The notes: generated by a model from the letters alone, not told the origin. Shown: positions 47,592-57,399, numbered from the stretch's first letter. The stretch: 64,000 nucleotides of DNA from a bacterium (GCA_963676395.1 OY781066.1:1184001-1248000); one strand, 5' to 3'. Numbers and translations: made by a program.

Positions 47592-48749
47592 CTAAATACA
47601 CTTTTTATATAAGGCGATAATCTCTTCTTTCCCCATTTCTTTAGGTCCGCCTATTTTTCCATGTTTATTTCCTGCGGCACGAATAACAGAGTCGGCAAGT
47701 TCCGATAATTTATCTGTTGGAAGATCAAGGTCGGCGAACATAAGGTCACGATCAATACTCTGTAACCATTTTGTGAATGCTTCAATTCCCTCATCGGCAT
47801 TTGCAACCGAAGCATCAAAAACTTTCCCGAAGTCAATAATTTTTTCTGCTAGCATGCTTTTAAACAATTCAAGGTATTTTGGAAAAAGCATAGCTAATCC
47901 ACGACCGTGAGAAATATCATACATTCCGCTAAGTGCATGTTCTATAGAATGAATAGGGAAAGGGCCTTCGCGTCCGGCGTCATTGATGCCGACAAGAGCA
48001 AGAGTAGAAGCCCATGTAATGGTTGAGCGGGCATCCTTATCTTTGGGGTCATTTTTTAATCTACGTAGAGAATCGACAACGGCTTTAACAATAGATAATG
48101 TTATTCCATCATTTAATATAGCATCTTCTCCCGAGGAAAAGTATGCTTCAGTTACATGGGTTATAATATCTACAGCACCATCATAGAGGTATTCGGTAGG
48201 AACACTGGCATTGAGTTCCGGATCGATAATTGAAACAAGGGGTTTTGAGCCGAAGCACACAAATGGAGCTTTATCTAATGTTTCATCATTGGTAACAACG
48301 CCATATGCATTGCCCTCAGAACCTGTAGCTGAAAGAGTGGGGATGCAAATGACCGGCAGTGAATCATGTACTGTTTTATGACCTGCCGTGTAATTCCAGA
48401 TAGAACCATCAAGTTTAGCGATTATAGCAATACCTTTTGCTGCGTCCATGGAAGAGCCACCACCAATTCCGATAATGGCATCTACATTCAGGTTCTTGGC
48501 AAGACGACCACCTGCATTAATCATGGATACCCTGGGGTTAGGCGTGACTTTGTCGTAAACGTCTGCTCTGACACCCACTTCTTCAAGTTGGTTTAACAAC
48601 TCATCCAAGTAGCCGTTTTTAATTACAGATCCGGAAGAACAAACGATTAACACTTTTAGCGCATGTTTGCGAATCTCTTTTCCGGCACGTTTAAAAACAC
48701 CATGACCGAAAACAAACTTTGTAGGCATATGTAAAACAAATTCATGCAT
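47592..48749 (-). CDS. Iron-containing alcohol dehydrogenase (butanol dehydrogenase-like)
   Basis: PNP, IGGGSSMDAAK, PTLSATGSE, D..TH..E, HSIEH, ISHGRGLA. Confidence 0.9.
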   Translation of the reverse strand: MHEFVLHMPTKFVFGHGVFKRAGKEIRKHALKVLIVCSSGSVIKNGYLDELLNQLEEVGVRADVYDKVTPNPRVSMINAGGRLAKNLNVDAIIGIGGGSSMDAAKGIAIIAKLDGSIWNYTAGHKTVHDSLPVICIPTLSATGSEGNAYGVVTNDETLDKAPFVCFGSKPLVSIIDPELNASVPTEYLYDGAVDIITHVTEAYFSSGEDAILNDGITLSIVKAVVDSLRRLKNDPKDKDARSTITWASTLALVGINDAGREGPFPIHSIEHALSGMYDISHGRGLAMLFPKYLELFKSMLAEKIIDFGKVFDASVANADEGIEAFTKWLQSIDRDLMFADLDLPTDKLSELADSVIRAAGNKHGKIGGPKEMGKEEIIALYKKCI

Positions 48750-48960
48750 TTTATGTCTCCTGTTGATTATTTTAAAATTTAAGAAAAAATATTTCTTTTT
48801 GACAAGGATAAAGCCAAAAAGCTAAACAGGCAAATTGTGGTGATACTGCCAAGATCGCAGTCATGCTAAATAATCTTGAGCGTAAATTTAATGCTATAGA
48901 AAAGATATATTTGTGTTTTAATAATGATATGGTAAATTAGGCCAAACAAAAAGGACCTAT

Positions 48961-49647
48961 ATGTTTACATTATTACCGGCATTTAAATATGGTTGGCAGG
49001 AAATGCAAAAGAAGCTGGGGCTTTTTCTGATTTTAACATTGATCTTTTCGGCGGGAGATATTGGTTCTTCGTTTTTGTTGAAAGATGTAGTGATTGATGA
49101 AAATATGAGCATATTTCAAATGGCGGAAGCAATTCCATCGAATTATATGCTTTATCTGGCGGGTATCAGTTTTGTATTGGTCATATTAAATTTCTTTGTT
49201 GTTGTGTTTGTGTTGGCTGGCTTAAGAGGGGTTCAACCCATGACTTACTTTAGAATGAAGGTAAAATTATTCCCCGCATATATTCTATTGATGATAATAA
49301 AGATAATCGTGATTGGTATTGGATTGATGTTGTTTATTATTCCGGGGCTTATTCTTCTTCTTGCCTTATACTTTATGGAATATTTGTTAATCGATAATGA
49401 GGTAAAAATCTTTGATACATTTAAAGCCAGCTGGGAAATGACTCGTGGATATCGCACCGGTATATTCTTTTTTGAACTCAATTTATTTGTTATTGGGATG
49501 TTTCTAAGCTTTCCTCAAAGCTTTTGGCCAGATACGATAATGACATATGCTATTATGATATTTATTAATGTTGCCTGGCTGCCTTTTTCCTGGAATGCAC
49601 AGGGGTGGATCTATCAAATGATTTCGCAGAGATCATTTGAAAAATAA
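48961..49647 (+). CDS. Hypothetical integral membrane protein (YciC/DUF975-like)
   Basis: TM helices; GLMLFIIPGLI and FKASWEMTRG motifs. Confidence 0.65.
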   Translation: MFTLLPAFKYGWQEMQKKLGLFLILTLIFSAGDIGSSFLLKDVVIDENMSIFQMAEAIPSNYMLYLAGISFVLVILNFFVVVFVLAGLRGVQPMTYFRMKVKLFPAYILLMIIKIIVIGIGLMLFIIPGLILLLALYFMEYLLIDNEVKIFDTFKASWEMTRGYRTGIFFFELNLFVIGMFLSFPQSFWPDTIMTYAIMIFINVAWLPFSWNAQGWIYQMISQRSFEK

Positions 49648-49796
49648 CAAACAAGATCTTACACACAATAAACAAATGAATTTATTGTGTGGCATTTGGT
49701 TTTGTGGGCTCTGATATCACTTTTATTTTTTGCAATTTTACGTTATACTTAATCACTGAGGGAAACCTTAATTAGAACCCAATTCAAGGAGCAACC

Positions 49797-51284
49797 ATGG
49801 ATACATATGGCTGGTTGTCATTATTACCCCCACTCTTAGCTATCGGTTTGGCTATTAAATCACGTCAGGTGTTTTTATCTCTCGGTGCCGGTATTTGGTT
49901 TGGTTGGACGATCTTATCTTCGTGGAACCCCATTAAGGGTGCTGCCGGTATGTTAAATTCTATTGTTATGGTATTTCAAGATCCGGGCAATACTCGTGTG
50001 ATTATTTTCTCTGCATTGGTCGGTTCACTTATTGCTTTAACTCAGCGATCCGGTGGAATAGATGGCTTTGTAGAGTATATTATTAACAAGAAATGGATCC
50101 GTTCACGTAAAGGTGCTAATTTTTTAGCGTGGTTTTTGGGAGTTGTGATTTTTATTGAGTCCAGTATTAAAATCCTGGTTGTTGGCTCTGTTTGTCGCCC
50201 GCTTTATGATAAGATGGGAATATCTCGTGAGAAATTATCTTATATTGCCGACTCTACATCAGCCCCGATCTGTATGTTGATCCCTTTGAATGCATGGGGG
50301 GCATTTACTATTGGATTATTGGCAACACAAGGTGTTGAAAATCCCACACAGGTATTAATCGGTTCTATACCCTTAAATTTTTATTCTATCATTGCTGTGT
50401 TAACAGTGTTGTTTTTTATACTCACCCCCTTTGATTTTGGTAAAATGAAAAAAGCCGAAAAACGCGTGCGCGAAGAAGGCAAGATTTTGCCGGACAATGC
50501 GACTCCGATGATGGATGAAAATCTAACCGGATTAAAACCAAAGGGTGGAATCAAGAAGTTGGCAAGAAATATGATTGTTCCCATTCTTGTAATGAGTATG
50601 TTTATGCCTATCGCTTTAGTGATTACGGGCCTGCAAAGTCTTTCGACAGCTGCTATGACTAAAATTACACTTGGGATGGCGTTAAAGGATGTTGGGCTTC
50701 TAGGTGTTCTTGCCGAGGGTTCTGGATCTACAGCCGTTTTCTGGTCCGTTATGCTGGCTATTGTTGTTGTTAGTCTTATGACTCGTTTTCAAAAAGCATT
50801 AAGTGGGAAAGAGATCATGGAGCTTATATTAAAAGGGGCCGGAGGTATGATTTCTTTGGCTTTGTTAATGATGTTAGCATTCTCACTGGGATCTACGTGT
50901 AAGGTTTTAGGTACCGGTGCTTTTGTGGCTCAGGGACTTTCAGGTACGCTTCCCGCGAGTTTGGTGCCACTCATTGTTTTTTTAGTTGCTGCATTTATTG
51001 CCTTTTCAACGGGCACAAGTTTTGGTACATTTGCACTGATGATTCCCTTGGCTGTTCCTTTGGCCTTGGACTTGGGTGTATCAATGCCTTTGGTAGTTTC
51101 TGCCGTATTGGGTGGGGGTGTTTTCGGTGACCACTGTTCACCGATATCGGACACTACCATTGTGGCGTCGATGGCCTCGGCTTGCGATCATATTGATCAT
51201 GTGAACACGCAGTTACCCTATGCTTTGATCTCTGCGGGAATTGCATCAATAATATATTTAGTTGTAGGACTACTTACTGTATGA
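49797..51284 (+). CDS. NhaC-family antiporter / amino-acid transporter
   Basis: SLLPPLLAI, SREKLSYIADSTSAP, GTSFGT, FGDHCSPISDTT. Confidence 0.9.
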   Translation: MDTYGWLSLLPPLLAIGLAIKSRQVFLSLGAGIWFGWTILSSWNPIKGAAGMLNSIVMVFQDPGNTRVIIFSALVGSLIALTQRSGGIDGFVEYIINKKWIRSRKGANFLAWFLGVVIFIESSIKILVVGSVCRPLYDKMGISREKLSYIADSTSAPICMLIPLNAWGAFTIGLLATQGVENPTQVLIGSIPLNFYSIIAVLTVLFFILTPFDFGKMKKAEKRVREEGKILPDNATPMMDENLTGLKPKGGIKKLARNMIVPILVMSMFMPIALVITGLQSLSTAAMTKITLGMALKDVGLLGVLAEGSGSTAVFWSVMLAIVVVSLMTRFQKALSGKEIMELILKGAGGMISLALLMMLAFSLGSTCKVLGTGAFVAQGLSGTLPASLVPLIVFLVAAFIAFSTGTSFGTFALMIPLAVPLALDLGVSMPLVVSAVLGGGVFGDHCSPISDTTIVASMASACDHIDHVNTQLPYALISAGIASIIYLVVGLLTV

Positions 51285-52135
51285 CCCGAGATATTAGATA
51301 CGAAATACAACCCTATGTAAAGATTTCCAGACCGGCAAACTTGCTTTTGGTTGCAATGGTGGTTTTAATTACCGCAACTTTATTTACACCTTTTCCCAAT
51401 GTTTGGCGTGTGTTATTGTCCATAATGACGGTTGTATTTATAACCGCTGCCGGTAATACACTGAATGATCTTTGTGATATTGAAATAGATAAGATCAACA
51501 AACCCGAACGCCCACTGCCTTCCGGTAATTTGAGCGAAGAAAGCGCTAAAGGTTTTATGATCGCCATGTTTGTTTTGGGTAATCTTTCTGCTTTGGTTTT
51601 GGGTTTTTGGTCTCTGTTTATTTCACTTTTTGTTGCCACACCTCTTTTGATCTGGTATGCCTATCGTTTGCGTCACATTGCTTTGATTGGCAATGTTCTT
51701 GTCGCTTTTTTGTCAGCAATGACGTTTATTTTTGCGGCTCAAGCTTATGGAAGCATGAGCCTTGGATACATACCGGCTGTTTTTACTTTTATTATTTCCG
51801 TCGCACGCGAAGTGATAAAGGATCTTGAAGATGTTGAAGGCGATAGTGCGAATGATAGTAAAACCTTACCTGTCATCATTGGTGAAACTCCAACACGTAT
51901 TCTTGCTGCAGTAATTGCTATTTTTATTCTACCAATTTTACCTTTTCCTTTTATTACGGGAATGTATGGAAAATGGACGATCATTGTAGGTTTGATTGGT
52001 GTAGTTTTACCTCTAATGGCTGTTATTGTTCAATTAACGCAAATAAAACGAGAAATAGATTATCACCAAATTGCTTTTATTTTAAAGATTATTATGTTTA
52101 TCGGGCTTTTTGCTATATTTCTGGGAAGATTCTGA
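51281..52135 (+). CDS. UbiA-family prenyltransferase, DGGGP-synthase-like
   Basis: RPAN, AAGNTLNDLCDIEIDKINKPERPLPSG, REVIKDLEDVEGD, TLP. Confidence 0.85.
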   Translation: MTRDIRYEIQPYVKISRPANLLLVAMVVLITATLFTPFPNVWRVLLSIMTVVFITAAGNTLNDLCDIEIDKINKPERPLPSGNLSEESAKGFMIAMFVLGNLSALVLGFWSLFISLFVATPLLIWYAYRLRHIALIGNVLVAFLSAMTFIFAAQAYGSMSLGYIPAVFTFIISVAREVIKDLEDVEGDSANDSKTLPVIIGETPTRILAAVIAIFILPILPFPFITGMYGKWTIIVGLIGVVLPLMAVIVQLTQIKREIDYHQIAFILKIIMFIGLFAIFLGRF

Positions 52136-52196
52136 TGAGTAAGAGATAGGTGGTAAAGAGCAGGTAAACCAGTGAAAAGGTTTGATAAAAAAACAT

Positions 52197-52225
52197 AAAT
52201 GCGGGTCTGAATGTCCGCATTTCTT
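52197..52225 (+). terminator. Terminator
   Basis: AAATGCGG...CCGCATTT hairpin. Confidence 0.55.
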
Positions 52226-52348
52226 ATATCAAGAATTGTAATTTGTTCATAAATAATTTCGATAATTATTTATTTTTCGTCTGTCTATCCCTATATTCAC
52301 AACGAAATGAATTTAATTTTACTAATCAAATGAAAGGATGTAAGTAAA

Positions 52349-53896
52349 ATGATCAAAGCAAGTGTAATTCTTCATTACTGTAAAGACAAAGAATTCAGTG
52401 AAGAACACCTAAAAGCTCAGGTTGATGGTTTAGCCGGTCAAACCTGTGGCGATATTGAAACTATCGTAATTTCATGTGATCCTAAAGAAGCTGTAGAAAA
52501 ATTTGCCGCTCTTGAACCAAAAACTGTTGAAAGTAAACATGATTATGCTGTAGATATGAACGCAGCATTGTCTCTTGCAACAGCGGAATGGATCCTTTTG
52601 ATAGATAATCGTGATAATCCTGTTATGATGAAAAAAGCAGCAATTGATGGTTTCCTGCTTGGAGTGGAACGTCAAGAAGATGCCGGTCTTTTTTATACAT
52701 CATATGAACTTGAAGATGGCGGCGAAGTAAAAGAAATTCATCTTCTAGATCATCATATTGGTCGTGTTCGTGATAACCAAGATTACGGAAAAGTATTTTT
52801 TGTTAAAAAAGCCGCTCTGGAAGCGATTGGCGGTTTTGACGAATCTGTAAAATATAATCAACTATATGATATGAGACTTAAGGTCTCAGAAAAAAACAAA
52901 TTGTATCGTATTGCCAACCGTTACAGCGGTTCTTTTTACAAAGTTGTTGCCGCAGGCAAGAAAGCGGATGTATTTGATTATTTGAAAGCAGGAAAAGACA
53001 TTCAGCTTGAAGCTGAAAAAGTCGTGACAGAACACTTAAAACGCATTGGTGCTTATATGGCTCCCGGTGTTTTAATGCCTCGCAAAGAAGAACATGAAGA
53101 TGTATCTACTTTAAAAGCAACGGTGATCATTCCTGTTGGTAATCGTCCTGAATTTATCGGTTCTGCGATCGAAAGTGTACAGCGCCAAACCGTTCAAGAC
53201 ATTGAAGTTCTTGTCATGGTAAACGGTGGTGATGATGATCCTACTTCAGATGTTGTTCGTCAATATATGGAAGGTGGCGATAAATTTGATGCTGCTAAAC
53301 CTGATGTTCGTTTGGTTGTGCTTGATATTAATTCTATTGGTATGTGCTTGAACCTCGGTTCAAAAATGGCTCGCGGTAAATATTATGTACAGTTGGATTC
53401 GGACGATCAATTGATAGAAGATGCTGTAGAAAAAGTATTGGCTGTTTACGAAAGTGATCCTGAGATTGGTATGGTTATCGGATCTTATGAAGTTTGGGAA
53501 AAACATGCAGATGGCTCTATCACTCGCGTAGATGATATTCCGGTTGTAACACATGACGAATGGACAGACGACAATGGCCGTAATAACCTACTTCGTATCA
53601 ACGGTGCCGGCGCTCCTCGCACAGCTCGTATTGAAGTGATCAAGAATGCCGGTTATTTCAGTATCAATGATGATCCTTATGCACGTAACTATGGTGAAGA
53701 TTACGAATTGGTTGGTAAAATCGCCGACATGTATAAAATCGGTCGTGTTTGGGATCCTATTTACAAAGTTGTTCGTCATGCCGGTGGTACAGACCATAGC
53801 ATCGACCAGAACACGGTAGATCGTAATGACAATGCTAAAGATTGGGTTCGTATGGAAGCTATCTTGCGTCGTCAGAAATTTAATGCCAATCGGTAA
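52349..53896 (+). CDS. Glycosyltransferase family 2 (two GT-A-like domains)
   Basis: TVIIPVGNR, ARGKYYVQLDSDD, RNNLLRINGAGAPR, YGEDY. Confidence 0.88.
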   Translation: MIKASVILHYCKDKEFSEEHLKAQVDGLAGQTCGDIETIVISCDPKEAVEKFAALEPKTVESKHDYAVDMNAALSLATAEWILLIDNRDNPVMMKKAAIDGFLLGVERQEDAGLFYTSYELEDGGEVKEIHLLDHHIGRVRDNQDYGKVFFVKKAALEAIGGFDESVKYNQLYDMRLKVSEKNKLYRIANRYSGSFYKVVAAGKKADVFDYLKAGKDIQLEAEKVVTEHLKRIGAYMAPGVLMPRKEEHEDVSTLKATVIIPVGNRPEFIGSAIESVQRQTVQDIEVLVMVNGGDDDPTSDVVRQYMEGGDKFDAAKPDVRLVVLDINSIGMCLNLGSKMARGKYYVQLDSDDQLIEDAVEKVLAVYESDPEIGMVIGSYEVWEKHADGSITRVDDIPVVTHDEWTDDNGRNNLLRINGAGAPRTARIEVIKNAGYFSINDDPYARNYGEDYELVGKIADMYKIGRVWDPIYKVVRHAGGTDHSIDQNTVDRNDNAKDWVRMEAILRRQKFNANR

Positions 53897-53936
53897 TCGG
53901 TGATCGGTAATCGGTAGCCTGTAATCAGTGATTGGA
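53888..53936 (+). repeat. Degenerate heptamer tandem repeat (AATCGGT)x7
   Basis: AATCGGT AATCGGT GATCGGT AATCGGT AGCCTGT AATCAGT GATTGGA, overlapping the GT2 stop. Confidence 0.75.
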
Positions 53937-53949
53937 AAATATATCGCAG

Positions 53950-54006
53950 GGGCTCGACACCTGTCCATCGTAGCTTTAGCGAAGATGGATGTCGAGCCCT
54001 TTTTTT
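53950..54006 (+). terminator. Terminator with a palindromic element nested in its loop
   Basis: GGGCTCGACA [CCTGTCCATCGTAGCTTTAGCGAAGATGGA] TGTCGAGCCC followed by a T-run. Confidence 0.7.
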
Positions 54007-54026
54007 GTTTTTCAATTAACTACATT

Positions 54027-54215
54027 GGGCGATTCGTGAATCGCCAGTACAGATTCAGGATTTGAAGATTAAATGTGTTATCAATTGCCCCTAGCTTTAG
54101 CTGGGGGAAAGAGAATCCCATGAACGCGGGCTTTAGTCCGGAAATTATTACACCAATTTTATTCTGGACTAAAGTCCGAATGAGAGAAATCGCAACCACG
54201 GGCTGAAGCTCATGG
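54027..54215. repeat. Cluster of REP-like palindromes
   Basis: GGCGATTC-gt-GAATCGCC; CCCCTAGCTTTAGCTGGGGG; GGGCTTTAGTCC; GGACTAAAGTCC; CCACGGGCTGAAGCTCATGG. Confidence 0.7.
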
Positions 54216-54310
54216 AAATTAATGTTACGGAGAGCTATTAAATCTCAGAATAAATCTTTTTTTTATAAATATTGCAGTAAATTATTATGCTCGTTAAATC
54301 GAAAGGGCTA

Positions 54311-54922
54311 ATGATGAATAAGAAAATACTATTATTGATTTTACTGCTTTGTGTAACATTTGTTTTTGCAGCTGAGTATTCGGTTGAATTTTCATTATTA
54401 TCTGGAGTACAAAGAATGCGATCAGATAATTTAGCTTTTAATTTTCATGATTATCATGAAGGAGCCGAACCTGAATTATTGAATCATAATAAATTGTTTT
54501 TCAAACCCGGTGTTGCAATATTTTATAAAAGTACTGGTTTGTATATTAGCACATCGAATCCTTTGGGACATTATTACTTTAATAGATATTGGATGTTTTC
54601 GGGTGGTTTAAAACAAAGTTTTAGTATTTCGGAAAAATCATCACTTGGTATTCATGTTGGTAGCACTTGGCATAGTGTTGATGCAGCAATACACTCTTTT
54701 TTAGAATTTTTTACTAGTGTTAAATATACCTCCTTGCCGGGATTGGATGTGGGAATTGAATATAAACACAAAGTTCTTGAAAGTGTAAGTATAGTTTTAG
54801 GTATTAATTATAATTACAACAAGCAATACTCAACGATTGGTGGGCCAATATATATTGAGGATCCTCAGTTCTATTTTCAAACCATATCACTTAATGCGGG
54901 TATAAGTTACACACTGTTTTAA
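54311..54922 (+). CDS. Hypothetical outer-membrane beta-barrel protein
   Basis: Signal peptide MMNKKILLL...VFA; amphipathic strands; C-terminal LNAGISYTLF (terminal Phe). Confidence 0.6.
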   Translation: MMNKKILLLILLLCVTFVFAAEYSVEFSLLSGVQRMRSDNLAFNFHDYHEGAEPELLNHNKLFFKPGVAIFYKSTGLYISTSNPLGHYYFNRYWMFSGGLKQSFSISEKSSLGIHVGSTWHSVDAAIHSFLEFFTSVKYTSLPGLDVGIEYKHKVLESVSIVLGINYNYNKQYSTIGGPIYIEDPQFYFQTISLNAGISYTLF

Positions 54923-55019
54923 ATTAATCTGTTCAATAGCCTTGGGTAATTAGAAGCGAGAACCCTTACTACATCCGTCGATCGACGAACGCAGTAGGTC
55001 AGGTAGGTCATTTACCGGC

Positions 55020-55156
55020 GTAAGGAACGGTCTAGACCGTTCCCTACAAATATTAGATTCTGAATCAAAATAGGATGACGGATAATAGCATACTAGTTAA
55101 CCAGATCTTATCCCGTATATCCCCTAATCCCGTCTAAATAAATATCCCGTCTAAAT
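55020..55156. repeat. REP-like palindrome plus short direct repeats
   Basis: GTAAGGAACGGTCTAGACCGTTCCCTAC (55020-55047); ATCCCGTCTAAAT x2 and related ATCCC units (55109-55156). Confidence 0.6.
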
Positions 55157-55239
55157 CTCAATTGACAAATTGCATTTATACTGAAATCATTGTACCTTTA
55201 CGGGATATTTTTAGGTAAATAAACGATAATGGAGATAAA

Positions 55240-56433
55240 ATGTCAAAAACACTACTGATCGGTATCGACGGAGGAGCATCAAAGGTAAGCGGATGGACAA
55301 CCGTCATTAACGAAGACAATACATTTAATTTGGGTGAACTTAATGTGGTTAAAGAGTATCGCCATTATAAAGAGCACATGCCTTCATTTAAACCTGTAAA
55401 TATTTTGGTTCAATTGGGTGAAATGAATGAAAACGATATTGATCTTACTCCGGAAGAACAATTACACGGAAAATCATATATGTATGCCACAGCTGATGTT
55501 ATCATTGAGTTGGCGGAAAAAGTTGGTGCAGACAGAGTGATGGTAGGTATTGGTATGCCGGGTTTGAAATCTGCTGATAAGCGCGGTATCGTTGCTTTGG
55601 CAAATGGCCCGCGTATGCCGGAATACTGTAAAATCGTTGAAGCTCGTGTAGAAGAAGCTGGGATTAAAATGGAAAAACCAATTCATCATCTAGGATCTGA
55701 TGCGGATTATTGTGGGATTGGTGAGGAATACAGTTCAAACGGTTTATTTTCAAATGCGGAAAATTCATATTATTTAGGTGGTGGCACCGGCGTTGCGGAT
55801 GCTATGAAGCTTAAGGGTGAATTGTTACCTTTTGACAATGCAAAAACTTGGATCGCAAAAGCATGGGAAATGAAAAACAGTGAAGGTAAATCAATGGAAC
55901 GCTTTGCTTCTTCAAGCGGTATCCAAGCGATCTATTCTGAATTTTCGGGAGTTAGTGTAGCCGAACTTAATGCTACAGATATATATCCTCCTCAGATCAT
56001 GGCCTTATTTGATGAAGATGCCAATGCAAAAAGAACCTTTAATGATGTTGCATACAATATTGCAAAATTGCTCTTTGAACGCATTGTAACCATTTACAGC
56101 GGTTGGCATCACTTTTTTGAATTTGTAAATTCAAACCGTGCTGATTTGAGTGAAAAACATTCTTACAGAAACACACTGCTTGATAGTATTATCATCGGTC
56201 AAAGACTAGGTGATCTTCTTGAGGCATCTAAAGGAAAAGGCGTTTTCTTTGAACCTTGTATGGAGTTTTTAACAAAGTTTATTGTGGAATCTCCTTATCT
56301 TGATGCAAAATTTAAGAATCATTATTTGAAAGATGAAAAATTCAATGAAGATCTTATTTTGACTTCAAATCTTCGTGAAGCTCCGGCTATCGGCGCAGGT
56401 GTTGATGCCTATTTAACCTATCAGGGAGAATAA
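55240..56433 (+). CDS. ROK-like / ASKHA sugar-kinase-fold protein
   Basis: IGIDGGASK, GIGMPG, SDADYCGIGE, YLGGGTGV, MERFASSSG, APAIGA. Confidence 0.7.
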   Translation: MSKTLLIGIDGGASKVSGWTTVINEDNTFNLGELNVVKEYRHYKEHMPSFKPVNILVQLGEMNENDIDLTPEEQLHGKSYMYATADVIIELAEKVGADRVMVGIGMPGLKSADKRGIVALANGPRMPEYCKIVEARVEEAGIKMEKPIHHLGSDADYCGIGEEYSSNGLFSNAENSYYLGGGTGVADAMKLKGELLPFDNAKTWIAKAWEMKNSEGKSMERFASSSGIQAIYSEFSGVSVAELNATDIYPPQIMALFDEDANAKRTFNDVAYNIAKLLFERIVTIYSGWHHFFEFVNSNRADLSEKHSYRNTLLDSIIIGQRLGDLLEASKGKGVFFEPCMEFLTKFIVESPYLDAKFKNHYLKDEKFNEDLILTSNLREAPAIGAGVDAYLTYQGE

Positions 56434-56436
56434 ACC

Positions 56437-57333
56437 ATCAGCGAGCAATTAATTAAATTATCCTTCAAGGGAAACCGGAAGGAGTATTATAAAAACCCAT
56501 TGAATTTTCCTGTGGTTAAAGGCGATTATCTTATCGTTGAAACCGACAAAGGTTATGATATGGGGGAAGTTACGGCTGTAACGGATACATTTGAACCGAA
56601 AATCAATATATCACAATTTGAGATCATTCGCAAAGCGGTCAGAAACGATTTTAATATTCTTGAAAAAAATCGAGAGGATGAAAAACGTATTCTTGCCGAA
56701 AGTAAGACTAAAATCAAAGAATTGGGACTGGTTATGAAACTAATGGATGTTGAATACCAGTTAGATAAAAAGAAATTATCTTTTTATTATACCGCCGAAG
56801 AACGAGTTGATTTTAGAGAGTTGGTTCGAATCCTGGCAGGTATGTTCAGGACAAGAATCGAAATGCGTCAGATTGGCGTCCGCGATGAAACAAAGCGTCT
56901 TTGCGGGGTCGGATCCTGTGGTATGCCTTTATGTTGTGGTGCATTTCTTGAAAATTTTGACCCTGTGAGTACGCAAGTAGCCAAAGATCAAAGTTTACCG
57001 ATGAATCCGGTAAAGCTGAGTGGTCAATGCGGAAAGCTTAAATGTTGCTTGCTTTACGAACATGGTTTTTATGTTGATGAATTACAAAAACACCCGCCGG
57101 TTGGTGAACCCTTGATCAAGGATAAACGAAAAGGTTATATCCAGAAGGTTGATATTTTTACCGGTATTGTGACGTGTGATTTCGAAGATGATACCAGAGA
57201 ATTCATTCCTTTGGATGAGCTAAAAATATACTTGGCAGAAGCTCAGAAAAAAGGATTAAAGAAATTGACAAATGTGCTGAATGATCTAATGCATCATGAA
57301 GCACATGAAATGAAGAAAATTGAAGATAAGTAA
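56437..57333 (+). CDS. PSP1-domain / RicT-like protein
   Basis: FKGNRKEYY, FYYTAEERVDFRELV, RIEMRQIGVRDE, CG..LCC, LSGQCGKLKCCL; start extended to ATC. Confidence 0.9.
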   Translation: MSEQLIKLSFKGNRKEYYKNPLNFPVVKGDYLIVETDKGYDMGEVTAVTDTFEPKINISQFEIIRKAVRNDFNILEKNREDEKRILAESKTKIKELGLVMKLMDVEYQLDKKKLSFYYTAEERVDFRELVRILAGMFRTRIEMRQIGVRDETKRLCGVGSCGMPLCCGAFLENFDPVSTQVAKDQSLPMNPVKLSGQCGKLKCCLLYEHGFYVDELQKHPPVGEPLIKDKRKGYIQKVDIFTGIVTCDFEDDTREFIPLDELKIYLAEAQKKGLKKLTNVLNDLMHHEAHEMKKIEDK

Positions 57334-57361
57334 GGAAAATATAAAAAAATATAGATTTAAG

Positions 57362-57399
57362 AACGGAGCCAAAAAGGCTCCGTTTCTTTTTTCTTTTTA
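57362..57399 (+). terminator. Rho-independent terminator
   Basis: AACGGAGCC-aaaaa-GGCTCCGTT followed by a T-rich run. Confidence 0.8.

Noticed and set aside
49664..49692. Inverted repeat CACACAATAAA/TTTATTGTGTG upstream of the NhaC gene, considered as a riboswitch
   Set aside because: Spacer too short for a lysine/glycine/SAM aptamer and no conserved motifs seen; likely a simple terminator
53588..53968. 126-aa minus-strand ORF with PITDYRL repeats
   Set aside because: Translation of the heptamer DNA repeat plus antisense of the GT2 gene
53888..55156. Possible CRISPR array or IS element
   Set aside because: No constant 25-40 bp repeat with unique spacers, no cas or transposase ORF, and no terminal inverted repeats with target duplication
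56823..56833. GGTTCGAATCC, a tRNA T-loop-like motif
   Set aside because: Inside the conserved PSP1 coding frame (LVRIL); no acceptor, D or anticodon stems around it
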